NCBI GenBank assembly: GCA_040954595.2
Contig: CM082589.2
Span: forward strand, 11,916,894-11,980,893
Direction: 5' to 3'
From: Balanoglossus misakiensis
Taxonomy: Eukaryota; Animalia; Hemichordata
DNA length: 64,000 nt
The notes beneath the pieces are model-generated. The model worked only from the letters and a program-made list of their open reading frames with translations, did no database searches and was not told the DNA's origin. A program made the position numbers and the translations under genes. Below, piece after piece: positions 37,800 through 50,077 of the stretch (position 1 is its first letter; the number at the start of each line of letters is the position of its first letter).

Positions 37800-40700
37800 T
37801 ACCCTACGAGATAGGTGCCGTTAATCAGAATTTTTGGTAAGGAAGGTTTGAGAAGTCCATTCTATGTAAAAAATTGTGCTGATTCCAAAAATGTCAGTCT
37901 TATTGACCCCACTCAAGACAAAATTGCCATTCTGGCCATTTTTAACCCAAAAATGGTCTTTTTTAGAAAACACTAAAAACACACTGTTTTCGTCACATTC
38001 TGAGATCTGATGACATATGATATGCTTATTCTATGTAAAATTTGGTGAATATTACGAAAAAAGTAGTCCGATTGACCCAAAACAACACAAAATTGCCTTT
38101 TTGACCATTTTTTGCCCCAAAAACGTCATTTTTAGAAATAATTTAAAACACATGGTTTCCTTCATAATGATTGATCTGGTGATATATGGAAAGTCAATTC
38201 AATGTTAAAAGTGGTGACTTTAAAAAATAAAGCAGTCTTTTTGACCTCAATCAATACAAAAATGCCATTTTTGGCCACTTTTTGAGGTCAAAAAAGGTCA
38301 TTTTTACAAAAAAAACTAAAAACAAATTGTGTTCTTCATATTCAGAGATCATTGGATATATGAAATGTCCATTCTATGTAAAAATGGTGCTGATTCCAGA
38401 AATAGCAGTCTTATTGATCCTACTCAAGAAAAAATGCCATTTTTGCCACTTTTTGCCCCAAAAACGTCATTTTCAGAAAACACTCAAAATTTATATATTT
38501 TCTTCACTTTCGGAGATCTGATAATATATTATATGCCCACCCTATGTAAAATTTGGTGATTTTTCCAAAAATTGCAGATTTATTGACCCAACCTAATGCA
38601 AAAATGCCCTTTTGGAAAGTTTTTGCCCAAAAAGGCCATTTTTAGAAAAAAATTTAAAAACAAACTTTTCTTCATAAAACTCAGAGATCATGTGATATAT
38701 GAAATGTTCATCCTATGTAAACAATGGTGCTGATTCCAGAAATAGCAGTCTTAATGACCCTACTCAAGAAAAAATGCCATTTTTGAGTTCTGATGTTGTA
38801 TATGCATATTTAAAACGTCATAACCATATAATATCAATAAAATTGATGATATTGAAAGACAGAGTTGCCACAATTTGGCACATTTAGCCCAAAACTGAAC
38901 TCAACAATTAGACGATCCATGTACACGCACTGTCTACTATAAGTCGATTATGCGTGGTGTGAAATAATTAGGTTCAGATATGCCAGCTCGGGAGAGATTG
39001 TTGAAATTTATTCTCTTCAATCTGAATACAAAATCAGAAATTATATTATAATTTATATCATGATACCTCCGTCATACTGATTGGACAGGAGTGCAACCCA
39101 ACGATGCTAGAATACTCAATAGAGCACTGCTAAAACTGGCCCCTGAACTAGCACGCAGCAGGGAAAATGTGGGCTTAAACCAAATAAACATAATAAAAAT
39201 ACTTAAATTCCTTGACGTTTTAATTTGGAACTGCTGTATGGGAATATTTAGGCATTGTGCAATGCAATGCCTGGCTTTTGTCATCTGTATCATGTTTGGA
39301 GCTTGGTCCCGGGCGGCGTGTTTACTAGTACATTCATCGACGCGAGTTTTGTTCAATTCGTAACTTCTTTTCCTCTCGACGCTGTTTCATCATCATTATG
39401 AGTTCAACTTGGGCTAATTTTGCAAAAACTCAAAATACAAACATTTTTTCGGTACAAAATGGCTAAAGGGATAATTTTTCTTGAGTAGATCTATTTTTGG
39501 CTACAAATAGCCAAAAAGGCAATTTTGACTAGAGTGGGGCCAACCAGCTGCCGTTTTTGGAATAGTCACCAAATTTTACACAGAATGGACTTTTCATACA
39601 TGATCAGATCTCTGAATATGAAGAAAACAATTTGTCTTTAGTTTGTTTGTTCTTAATGAACATTTTTGACCAAAAAAGTGGCCGAAATGACAAATTTCAA
39701 TTGAATAGGGTAAGTAAGACTTCCGTTTTTGGAACAGTAACCACGTTTCAATATAGAATGGGCTTTTATTTATAATAAGATCACTGAAAGTGAAGATAAG
39801 AGAATGCTATTAATATATTCTTAAAAATAACAATTTTGTGCAAAACTTAGCCAAAAAAGCGATTTCATCATGGTTGAGGTCATTAAGACTGCATTTCTGG
39901 AAACAACACCTATTTTACAATAAATGTACTTTTCACACATCATAGAATCTCCAAATAATAAGAAAACAGTTTGTTTTTAATGATTTTCGAAAAGTGGCTT
40001 TTTGGGCAAAAACTTGCCAAAAAAGCACTGTTTTCTTGAGTGGCGCCAGTAAAACTTTTTTTTGGAATTTTTTCACATATAGTGGGCATATAATACATTA
40101 TCAGATCTCCGAAAGTGAAGAAAATATATACATTTTGAGTGTTTTCTGAAAATGACGTTTTTGGGGCAAAAAGTGGCAAAAATGGCATTTTTTATTGAGT
40201 AGAGTCAATAAGACTGCTATTTCTGGAACCAGCACCATTTCTTACATAGGATGAATATTTCATATATCACATGATCTCTGAGCTTTATGAAGAAAAGTTT
40301 GTTTTTAATTATTTTTTTTCTAAAAATGGCCTTTTTGGGCAAAAACTTTCCAAAAGGGCATTTTTGCATTAGGTTGGGTCAATAAATCTGCTTTTTTTGG
40401 AAAAATCACCAAATTTTACATAGGGTGGGCATATAATACATTATCAGATCTCCGAAAGTGAAGAAAATATATAAATTTTGAGTGTTTTCTGAAAATGACG
40501 TTTTTGGGGCAAAAAGTGGCAAAAATGGCATTTTTTCTTGAGTAGGATCAATAGGACTGCTATTTCTGGAATCAGCACCATTTTTTACATAGAATGGACA
40601 TTTCATATATCCAATGATCTCTGAATATGAAGAACACCATTTGTTTTTATTTTTTTGGTAAAAATGACCTTTTTTTACCTCAAAAAGTGGCCAAAAATGG

Positions 40701-41165
40701 CATTTTTGTATTGATTGAGGTCAAAAAGACTGCTTTATTTTTTAAAGTCACCACTTTTAACATAGAATTGACTTTCCATATATCACCAGATCAATCATTA
40801 TGAAGGAAACCATGTGTTTTAAATTATTTCTAAAAATGACGTTTTTGGGGCAAAAAATGGTCAAAAAGGCAATTTTGTGTTGTTTTGGGTCAATCGGACT
40901 ACTTTTTTCGTAATATTCACCAAATTTTACATAGAATAAGCATATCATATGTCATCAGATCTCAGAATGTGACGAAAACAGTGTGTTTTTAGTGTTTTCT
41001 AAAAAAGACCATTTTTGGGTTAAAAATGGCCAAAATGGCAATTTTGTCTCGAGTGGGGTCAATAAGACTGACATTTTTGGAATCAGCACCATTTTTTACA
41101 TAGAATGGACTTCTCAAACCTTCCTTACCAAAAATTCTGATTAACGGCACCTAGCTCCTGGACTA
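37800..41165. mobile_element. 3.37 kb non-autonomous foldback DNA transposon with ~1 kb TIRs made of ~170 bp monomers (Academ-like)
   Basis: 3 bp TSD GCA at 37797-37799 and 41166-41168, splitting satellite AAAACGCAATTTTG. Termini TACCCTACGAGATAGGTGCCG and CGGCACCTAGCTCCTGGACTA. Arms about 37800-38785 and 40185-41165. Monomer starts near 37903, 38072, 38241, 38414, 38583 and 38754. The Academ call rests only on the TA- termini and the 3 bp TSD. Confidence 0.88.
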
Positions 41166-44100
41166 GCAATTTTGTCTGCAGTGAGCCAAATTAGACGGTC
41201 TTTTGTGGAATTTGTATCGATATATACATACGAAGAGCATTCTATACTCCATCAGATTTCCGAAAATGTAGAAAACAGGTATTTTTTGTAATTTTCAAAA
41301 ATTTACCATTTTGACCAAATTGTGGCTAAAATTGTTATTTTCGTGTTGAATGCCGCCAGTGTCACAACTTTTAAAAGTCATAAAAACTTTTAACATACAA
41401 GCAATTGATTATATATGATCAAGTCACCGAATTAAAAAAATAAAGAATGTTTTGCCTAAAAATGACCTTTTTGGTGCAAAAACGAATAAAACGCAATTTT
41501 GTAATAAATCAGCTTATTCAGAGTGCATTTTTTATAATCAGCACCATTTTTACATATAATGGAAATTTCATACATCATCAGATATCCAAATATGAAAAAA
41601 TGATTTAGATTTTAGATGATTGTCCAAAATTAGCTGATATCTAATAAATGCAGTATTGAACCGTTCTGTTCCCCCCCCCCCTTACATTATATGCGGTACG
41701 CCGATGTCAGCTTACCCGGCAGTACTGCAGGCCGTGCCCCCAATTAACGTCAGTGTTTGGAACGCCCTGGTTAAATTCGGGCTTTCTCTATAAATTAACA
41801 GGCCTTAATGCAGTCCTACCCGAACAAATGTCGAGTGTTGACCCGCTGTGACTTTCCCTCTTCGGTTTGCCCGACTTAGCCAACGTCTTTGTACTAGAGT
41901 GTCGGGTCTTTTGCAGAGCCAGGCCGAAGGAAATCCGACTTGATCACCGTTGCTAACGAACGCTAGTGTCTGTCATGGTGTGCCGGGGTTTTAGTCGAGC
42001 CAGGCCGTAGGAGATCTGACTTGATCATCGTGGTCAATGTACGCGTGTTTCCGCTCTAAAGTGCCGGGGCTTCAGCTAAACCAGGCCGTAGGAAATCCGA
42101 CGTAATCACCGTTGATAACTTACGCCAGTCTGTGTCATATAGAGCCGGTGCACCAGCCGAGTCACGCCGTAGGAAATCTGACTTGATCAACGTGGTCAAT
42201 GTACGCCTGTTTCTGCTCTAGAGTGCCGGGGCTTCAGCTGAGCCAGGCCGTAGGAAACCGGACGTGATTACCGTTGTTAACTTACGCCAGTCTGTGTCCT
42301 ACATATAGTGCCGGGGCATCAGCCGTGCCAGGCCGAAGGAAATGTGAGTAGATCAACGTGGTCTCTGAACGCGTGTTTCTGCTCTAGACTGCCAGGGCTT
42401 TAGCCAAGCCATGCCGTAGGAAATCTGACTTGATCAACGTTGCTAACGAACGCTAGTGTCTGTCATAGTGTGCCGGGGTTTTAGTCGAGCCAAGCCGTAG
42501 GAGATCAGACTTGATCAACGTTACCAGTGTGCAACTGTTTCTGCTCTAGAGTGTCAGGGTTTTAGCCGACTTATGCTGTAGGAAATCTGAGTTGATGAAC
42601 GGGAATTCAATGTTAGAAAACCCGTGTGGAAAGTATCTCTACCCGTTTGAAACTAAGAAAAGAATTTATTCTTATTTATTTTGTAAAAAAGACAATTTTT
42701 CGAAAAAAAGTCGAAAATGGTAATTTTGTCTTGGGTGATTTAAATTATACCGCCTTTTCTTGAATTTGCAGCACTTTTTACAAGAGAACGACACTTCATG
42801 CTCCATAATATTTCCGAAAATGAAGAAAAGAGTTAATTTTTTATGATTTTTTAAAAATTTACCATTTTTGTCAAAATATGGCCAAAATTGCTATTTTTTC
42901 TTGAATTCCGTCAATATCTCTGCTTTTTTGGAGTGGTCGAAAGTTTTAACATACAATCAACATGTCATATATGATCAGGGCACCAAATTCGAAGAACAAA
43001 GGTTTTTTTATTTTTTTTTTCTAAATATGACATTTTCAAGGAAAAGTTGGTAAAACGCAATTTTGTCTGCAGTGAGCCAAATTAGACGGTCATTTGTGGA
43101 ATTTGTATCGATATATATATACGAAGAGCATTCTATACTCCATCAGATTTCCGAAAATGTAGAAAACAGGTATTTTTTGTAATTTTCAAAAATTTACCAT
43201 TTTGACCAAATTGTGGCTAAAATTGTTATTTTCGTGTTGAATGCCGCCAGTGTCACTGCTTTTAAAAGTCATAAAAACTTTTAACATACAAGCAATTCTT
43301 TATATATGATCAGGTCATCGAATTAATAAAATAAAGAATGTTTTGCCTAAAAATGACCTTTTTGGTGCAAAAACGAATAAAACGCAATTTTGTATTAAAT
43401 CAGCTCATTCAGAGTGCATTTTTTATAATCAGCACCATGTTTACATATAATGGAAATTTCATACATCATCAGATATCCAAATATGAAAAAATGATTTAGA
43501 TTTTAGATGATTGTCCAAAATTAGCTGATATCTAATAAATGTAGTATTGAACCGTTCTGTTTCCCCCCCCCCCCTACATTATATGCCGTACGCCGATGTG
43601 AGCTTACCCGGCAGTACTGCAGGCCGTGCCCCCAACTAACGTCGGTGTTTGAAGCGCCCTGGTTAAATTCGGGCTTTCTCTATAAATTGACAGGCAATAA
43701 TGCAGTCCTACCAGAACAAATGTCGAGTGTTGAACCGCTGTGACTTTCCCTCTTCGGTTTGCCCGACTTAGCCAACGTCTTTGTACTAGAGTGTCGGGTC
43801 TTTTGCAGAGCCAGGCCGAAGGAAATCCGACTTGATCAACGTTGCTAACGAACGCTATACTGTGCGCATGAAATATGGAAGGAAGCGAAGGCAGTCCACT
43901 ATTTGAATGCATCGAACGGAAAATTTGCTGGGAAGTTACGCGCATGCGCGTGAGACGAGCTATCCAATTTAATCTCATATACAGTCAATTCAAATTACAG
44001 GCTGCTATTTTCGTTCCTGACACACTTCCTAATAGAACATGGTTATCACAGTCATTCAAGAGATAACAATATTTATTTACATGTCTGTAACAATATTTAT

Positions 44101-45551
44101 CCAGTCTGTTTTAGTTGTGACTAGCAGCGCCCTCGATCATCAAAAATACACTGTTGCCCTCATTGTCAGTCATCATGTGTATAATCTTGGCTGTCAATAC
44201 GTAACACACTAGTATTCAAGAATGTAGACAGTGTTTTTGTCAATACAGCCAAGGAATACATCATTTGAATATTCATGTATATAAATCATTTGGTTTGTCT
44301 TATGACAGGTTTAACACTGACACTGAGAGACATAGGCACAGCAAAGAAAGTGACCTACTATGGACCACCTAGATTGGTATGTACATTTCAACTCTTTTCA
44401 CTATTGGTTGTACAATACATGCTAGTTTAGTTGCATCTTTGTCACTAAAGAGATACCGGTAGTACATGTAACTTTGGGTGTTTTTCTCAATGTTTATAAT
44501 GTGTTTTCATTGCCTGTTCTACTTGTGTCTGAACATATTTCAAGCTTCATAAGCTGTAACTTTTCACTTTGTTTTCAGTATTTTTGTTTTAAGTATTTAC
44601 TGCAGTGTCTTGTTCAAATCCCTGAATCATGATGAAATATAGGTGTGTCTAGTCAGTATTGTTATTCTATATTTGAAGTCAAGTCTGGACTAGAATTCAT
44701 TTCAATAACCGTTACACACATACAGGTTATGTTGACAAGTGGAGTTCTGGGTAGAGCATGTGTTACAGTTAATGTCTCTTTAAATATCACATACATACAT
44801 GTGTCTAGTTTTGTACATGCAACTCATATGTATGTTATATTTATTGATTGACTGTCAAATATCCTCCTGTTGTTTGATTAAATGTAAATATTGTTTGTTG
44901 TAGAATAGAAAGCACGATTCTTCTAGTTCCATAGATATCAGTGCTCATTTTAAAGCTAAAAGTGACATTTTCAACACTAAATGCAAGGAAATGTAACTAA
45001 ATATTTTAATTTTGCAGTCAAAATGCAACACAGTCAGCTCCGAACTGCATTTAAAATCCAAACACATGGTGTTATATTCTTGGTAATAAGCAAAGATCTG
45101 TATCCTATCCACAAAGTATATATCATACACACAGTATTATATTAATGCAGTTTATGAAATTGCTAGAAACATTGTAATATTTGGATGATATTTAAAGAAA
45201 AGTAATTATATTTATATTAACAGTATGTAAAAGTTACGAAGATTTAGCGTTGAATGATGATGTGATGTCTGTAAGAGCTGTTCCAATACATGGTGAGTGA
45301 ATTTCAAATCCTTTGTTCAATCAACCTTTCTACTGTCCTGTGATTCCAAAAGTAATTGAAATATCATTACACATGTACCTGAATATAGTGCAGACTGTAA
45401 ATAGAGCACACTCTGGAAAAGAGTTATGTAATTAATATCTCTATCATGTGAGTGACATCATTTTAAGGGCCACTGACCACCCCACCCATGACAATTTGCT
45501 AGGGGGTGCCAACATCTCAACAGGGGGTGAATCCTTCCAGGCCATGTCGGG

Positions 45552-45596
<45 letters not shown>

Positions 45597-45633
45597 CATT
45601 CATTCAGTCAGTCAGTCAGTTCGTCAGTCAGTC
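45552..45633. repeat. Compound microsatellite (GATT)n(CATT)n(CAGT)n; the mirror copy at ~51427-51489 has fewer GATT units
   Basis: Directly visible in the sequence. Confidence 0.95.
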
Positions 45634-46979
45634 ATATTAATTAATTCATTAAGGCATATAAACGATATAGCTAGCCTAATGTTATAGGAATGGTCTAACA
45701 CCCTTGTCATATAAACTTTGGCGAAGCGATCCAAAGCTCAGCTAAGGTAGATGGGGGGGGGGGGGGGGGGCTGAATCACATGCCCCATCATAATGAAAGC
45801 TGCTAACCCTCTTAGAATGATACTAAGGCCTATACGTTGATCGCCCTGTCACACTTGGCTATGTGATCTTGGATTGGAACTGGAGGGATGTGAAAAGCAA
45901 GAGGCTTGTCGACAATAGTGATGTCAGAAAAATATTTGTTCATCTTTTTACAAAATATTTGTTTCCTCAAATTAAAACTGGTAAAACTATGCTTGGTTTG
46001 TTTTAAATAAATAAATAGTTACTTACTAATATACTCCATGGCGCATTGTCTTTTTACATTGCTATCCTCTAGTCTTGAACAATTATGTCATTTTCGTGAC
46101 CATCTCATGGTATTTTTCATTGATATGAAAACATACGCTTGGTTAAAATTCTATAACTGCAGTTATGCTCACTGAGATTTTAGTGAATTGCCACTGTAAA
46201 CTCATTTCCAGACAAATAGAACCTTTTGTCAGAAGTGAGCATTGTGACTAAAAACCCTCTCTTATTGGCATCTAGTTCAGACGGGAGAAGGTTTCATGCA
46301 ACTGCCTCGCAACAGAGATTGCTCTCAAATTCGGCAAAATATATATTGCAGGAGGTAAAAATTCTCAAAACTGTGAACGCGGGCATCTGTTGGCAATGGA
46401 CAAAATAGTAAATGATTTGGGGATAAATGCCAATGTCAATCGATACAAAATTCCATTCACAGCAATGCAAAACACATTATGGGCCCATACCTCACCCCTT
46501 TCATGAGTGTAGTGTCAACAGTGTTCAAAAGTGGGGGGGGGGGGGGCGGCAACAGACTAATTGAATCAAGTTGGTTGCACTCATACCAGTATATATCAAT
46601 AGTTGGTGGAAATCAGAAACTGCCGTTGGTGGCGCAAATTGTGTAACCTGCTTCACCTCAGGTTGGAGATATTGTCTGAACCTGGAGGTAAGCTGCTAGA
46701 CCTAGCTTTGTAAACGCAGCTGCACCATTGGGGGTTAGGATATGGGTGGGGGTGGTACAACAGTATATCCCAACCTCCAACGGTGCAGCCGCGTTTCCAC
46801 AGCCATGCTAGACCCTGCTCACTTCAGTGGAAAAACATGTTTTGTTGTGGACTTTCAAGTCGTTCTAATGAGATTCACACTGAGAAAATGTAATAAATTC
46901 TGTTTGTGGACTTCCAAGACAAAAAAAAAAAAAAAACAGGACAACATTTTTGAAATACCAATAAAATTATAAAACTACT

Positions 46980-47350
46980 AAAAACACTGGCGTTATATTG
47001 GCAGACTTCCTGGACCGAGATATGATTCTTGCAGCTGTATTTTTTGTGCGTTGTAGAAGGTTCCGACTGCTTTCTGGTAGACCATACAGTAATGCATTAC
47101 CATAGTGGGCCAAGAACTGAACCCTGTGGCACTCCAAAACGAACATGTGATGGTTGACTGGTGGTGATCTTGTGGTGACGTATGTCATCAATTTTCTGAA
47201 TAAAATACTGGTTGAACCGATCTAAATGTTCCGTAGTTGACGTATGATTTGGAAGCTGTCTTGAGTTGCTGAACAATGTTGAAATTGTCCGGAATAAAGA
47301 TTTCTGATTTTTGGAATTTTCCTCTATGAGATTGGTGTAGTAGTTGCACT
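46980..47350 (-). pseudogene. L2/CR1-clade LINE ORF2 fragments (left-arm copy)
   Basis: Reverse complement of 49707-50077. Confidence 0.8.
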
Positions 47351-48324
47351 GGTCACTTGGTAGGCTACAAGTGGTAGAGTCGTGTGTGCGCGCGACTTAC
47401 ACTATAAATTTGCGGAACAGACGGAACGGAATATGTATATGTAGCAGTTTATTGGCATGAATAGTGTAGGCCTACATTATTTTTAAAACATGTCCCAGCA
47501 CAGCGATTTATTCAGAGAAAGTGGAGAAATATTTATATGATAGAAACTGAATAAGTTTGTTGTATGTCAGCTCTTCTGTCTTTCTCTTACCGATATGATT
47601 CTAACCGGAACACTCAAGCTTAGTAAGGGTAAGAGAAAGGCAGAAGAAGAAAAATGGCTGACCGACAACTTTTTGTATCAAATCCCTGAATAAATCACTG
47701 GGCCCAGGAAAACCACAGCGAGTTTATAACACTAACATTGAGATCTAACATAATCGACCCATGCTGATGTTTCAAGTGGGCGATCCCCGGCAATTCCCGG
47801 CAATTTCACGATCCCCCCCCCCCACAAAAATCGTGCATTCCAAGGGAATATTACGTCAGTAGATTAATTTTTCTGACTACTTTATTAAAGCTGTTTCGCC
47901 GTTTCACTGTTTCGCAAAATATCACTAGCCGCGCCCTGTGATAAGAGTCTAAGTTTCGTGAAAGACCTCCGCAGTCCACCTTTTTTATCTTAAAAAAGTT
48001 TCCATCTTTTTTCTTCACCGGGTCCGGAAATTTTCAGGTCGACACGAACTCTTGGATTTAGTTTATCAGTTTATTTGGAAGCGAGTCGAAAAAGATTACG
48101 CTGTCCAAAACCGTTAAACCCGTGGTACTCGAAACTGTGAATAAACAAAGTGTTAGTATAACTGATACTTTTTACGTAGCGTTGGGGCGGTATTTCCTTG
48201 CCGTACGTCATATTATGGCGGTCGGTTTGAAGTGAACTTCCATCGCTTGTAGCTTATAGCGTACATCATGAACAATTTAGGCATAAATAATTGGGCCTCA
48301 TAAAATAAACACATTTCGTTTTCA

Positions 48325-48446
48325 TATTTCCCTCGGCCTGCGGCCTCGGGAAATAGCATGTGATTCTGGTAACTCACAGCCCATCGGGTGTAATAAACGG
48401 CCGCTATGGCCCTCATGACAAGGCAATAGGTGTTCATTATAACACT
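48325..48446. mobile_element. Crypton-like non-autonomous element end (tentative)
   Basis: Hairpin TATTTCCC-TCGGCCTGCGGCCTC-GGGAAATA, then GATTCTGGTAACTCACAG..GCTATGGCCC..ATAGGTGTT..TTATAA. Homologous to 54241-54320. The family call is from recalled resemblance, not a search. Confidence 0.4.
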
Positions 48447-49706
48447 GTCCACTTTTTATCACCCGTGGGAAGGTTAGGCCTACATCAGCCACGTTGAGCA
48501 AGTCGGATATCCAAAGACCAGACAAGCCGCATATAACAACAGCATTGCTTTACTTTTTTCAAGCTAGGCCACCACCCTATATGCAGTAAAACAGGCATAG
48601 GCAGTAACATTCTCTATCAATCGATTACTCAGATTTTACAGAGGAAAAAACGTTCACAAAAACAAATAAAAATCAACTTGAATTTGTATTTCCAACTTCT
48701 TGCACCACGCAAACATAGCCCGACCCATATGAAAACGAAATGTGTTTATTTTATGAGGCCCAATTATTTATGCGTAAATTGTTCATGATGTACGCTATAA
48801 GCTACAAGCGATGGAAGTTCACTTCAAACCGACCGCCATAATATGACGTACGGCAAGGAAATACCGCCCCAACGCTACGTAAAAAGTATCAGTTATACTA
48901 ACACTTTGTTTATTCACAGTTTCGAGTACCACGGGTTTAACGGTTTTGGACAGCGTAATCTTTTTCGACTCGCTTCCAAATAAACTGATAAACTAAATCC
49001 AAGAGTTCGTGTCGACCTGAAAATTTCCGGACCCGGTGAAGAAAAAAGATGGAAACTTTTTTAAGATAAAAAAGGTGGACTGCGGAGGTCTTTCACGAAA
49101 CTTAGACTCTTATCACAGGGCGCGGCTAGTGATATTTTGCGAAACAGTGAAACGGCGAAACAGCTTTAATAAAGTAGTCAGAAAAATTAATCTACTGACG
49201 TAATATTCCCTTGGAATGCACGATTTTTGTGGGGGGGGGGGGGGATCGTGAAATTGCCGGGAATTGCCGGGGATCGCCCACTTGAAACATCAGCATGGGT
49301 CGATTATGTTAGATCTCAATGTTAGTGTTATAAACTCGCTGTGGTTTTCCTGGGCCCAGTGATTTATTCAGGGATTTGATACAAAAAGTTGTCGGTCAGC
49401 CATTTTTCTTCTTCTGCCTTTCTCTTACCCTTACTAAGCTTGAGTGTTCCGGTTAGAATCATATCGGTAAGAGAAAGACAGAAGAGCTGACATACAACAA
49501 ACTTATTCAGTTTCTATCATATAAATATTTCTCCACTTTCTCTGAATAAATCGCTGTGCTGGGACATGTTTTAAAAATCATGTAGGCCTACACTATTCAT
49601 GCCAATAAACTGCTACATATACATATTCCGTTCCGTCTGTTCCGCAAATTTATAGTGTAAGTCGCGCGCACACACGACTCTACCACTTGTAGCCTACCAA
49701 GTGACC

Positions 49707-50077
49707 AGTGCAACTACTACACCAATCTCATAGAGGAAAATTCCAAAAATCAGAAATCTTTATTCCGGACAATTTCAACATTGTTCAGCAACTCAAGACA
49801 GCTTCCAAATCATACGTCAACTACGGAACATTTAGATCGGTTCAACCAGTATTTTATTCAGAAAATTGATGACATACGTCACCACAAGATCACCACCAGT
49901 CAACCATCACATGTTCGTTTTGGAGTGCCACAGGGTTCAGTTCTTGGCCCACTATGGTAATGCATTACTGTATGGTCTACCAGAAAGCAGTCGGAACCTT
50001 CTACAACGCACAAAAAATACAGCTGCAAGAATCATATCTCGGTCCAGGAAGTCTGCCAATATAACGCCAGTGTTTTT
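49707..50077 (+). pseudogene. L2/CR1-clade LINE ORF2 fragments, internally deleted (right-arm copy)
   Basis: YYTNLIEENSKNQKSLF..FNQYFIQKIDDIR linker, RT motif GVPQGSVLGP, and C-terminal YGNALLYGLP..LQR..NTAARII..K.A.ITPV. Confidence 0.82.

Larger units (their letters stand above)
1..43857. repeat. ~2.05 kb tandem macrosatellite array (>=12 units), in blocks 1-310, 9695-15119, 22617-37799 and 41166-43857; continues past the left edge
   Basis: The landmark GAATTCA(A/T)TGTTAGAAAA recurs at about 9764, 11820, 13870, 23213, 25260, 27282, 29327, 31366, 33420, 35290, 37345 and 42603. Spacing is 2022-2056 bp except where an insertion or a ~162 bp deletion intervenes. The same short ORFs recur with this period. 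Confidence 0.97.

Noticed and set aside
39072-39363. ORFs in the foldback core as a transposase
   Set aside because: Short (90-94 aa), overlapping on opposite strands, with no DDE or other recognisable motif.
9699-43053. Recurrent 60-97 aa ORFs (MESISTR.., MTKYGQN..)
   Set aside because: Chance frames in AT-rich satellite, mostly non-ATG starts, broken by homopolymer indels between copies.
46712-46796. Small hairpin AAACGCAGCTGCACCATTGG..CCAACGGTGCAGCCGCGTTT as an ncRNA or miRNA
   Set aside because: No supporting features; more likely a decayed MITE remnant.
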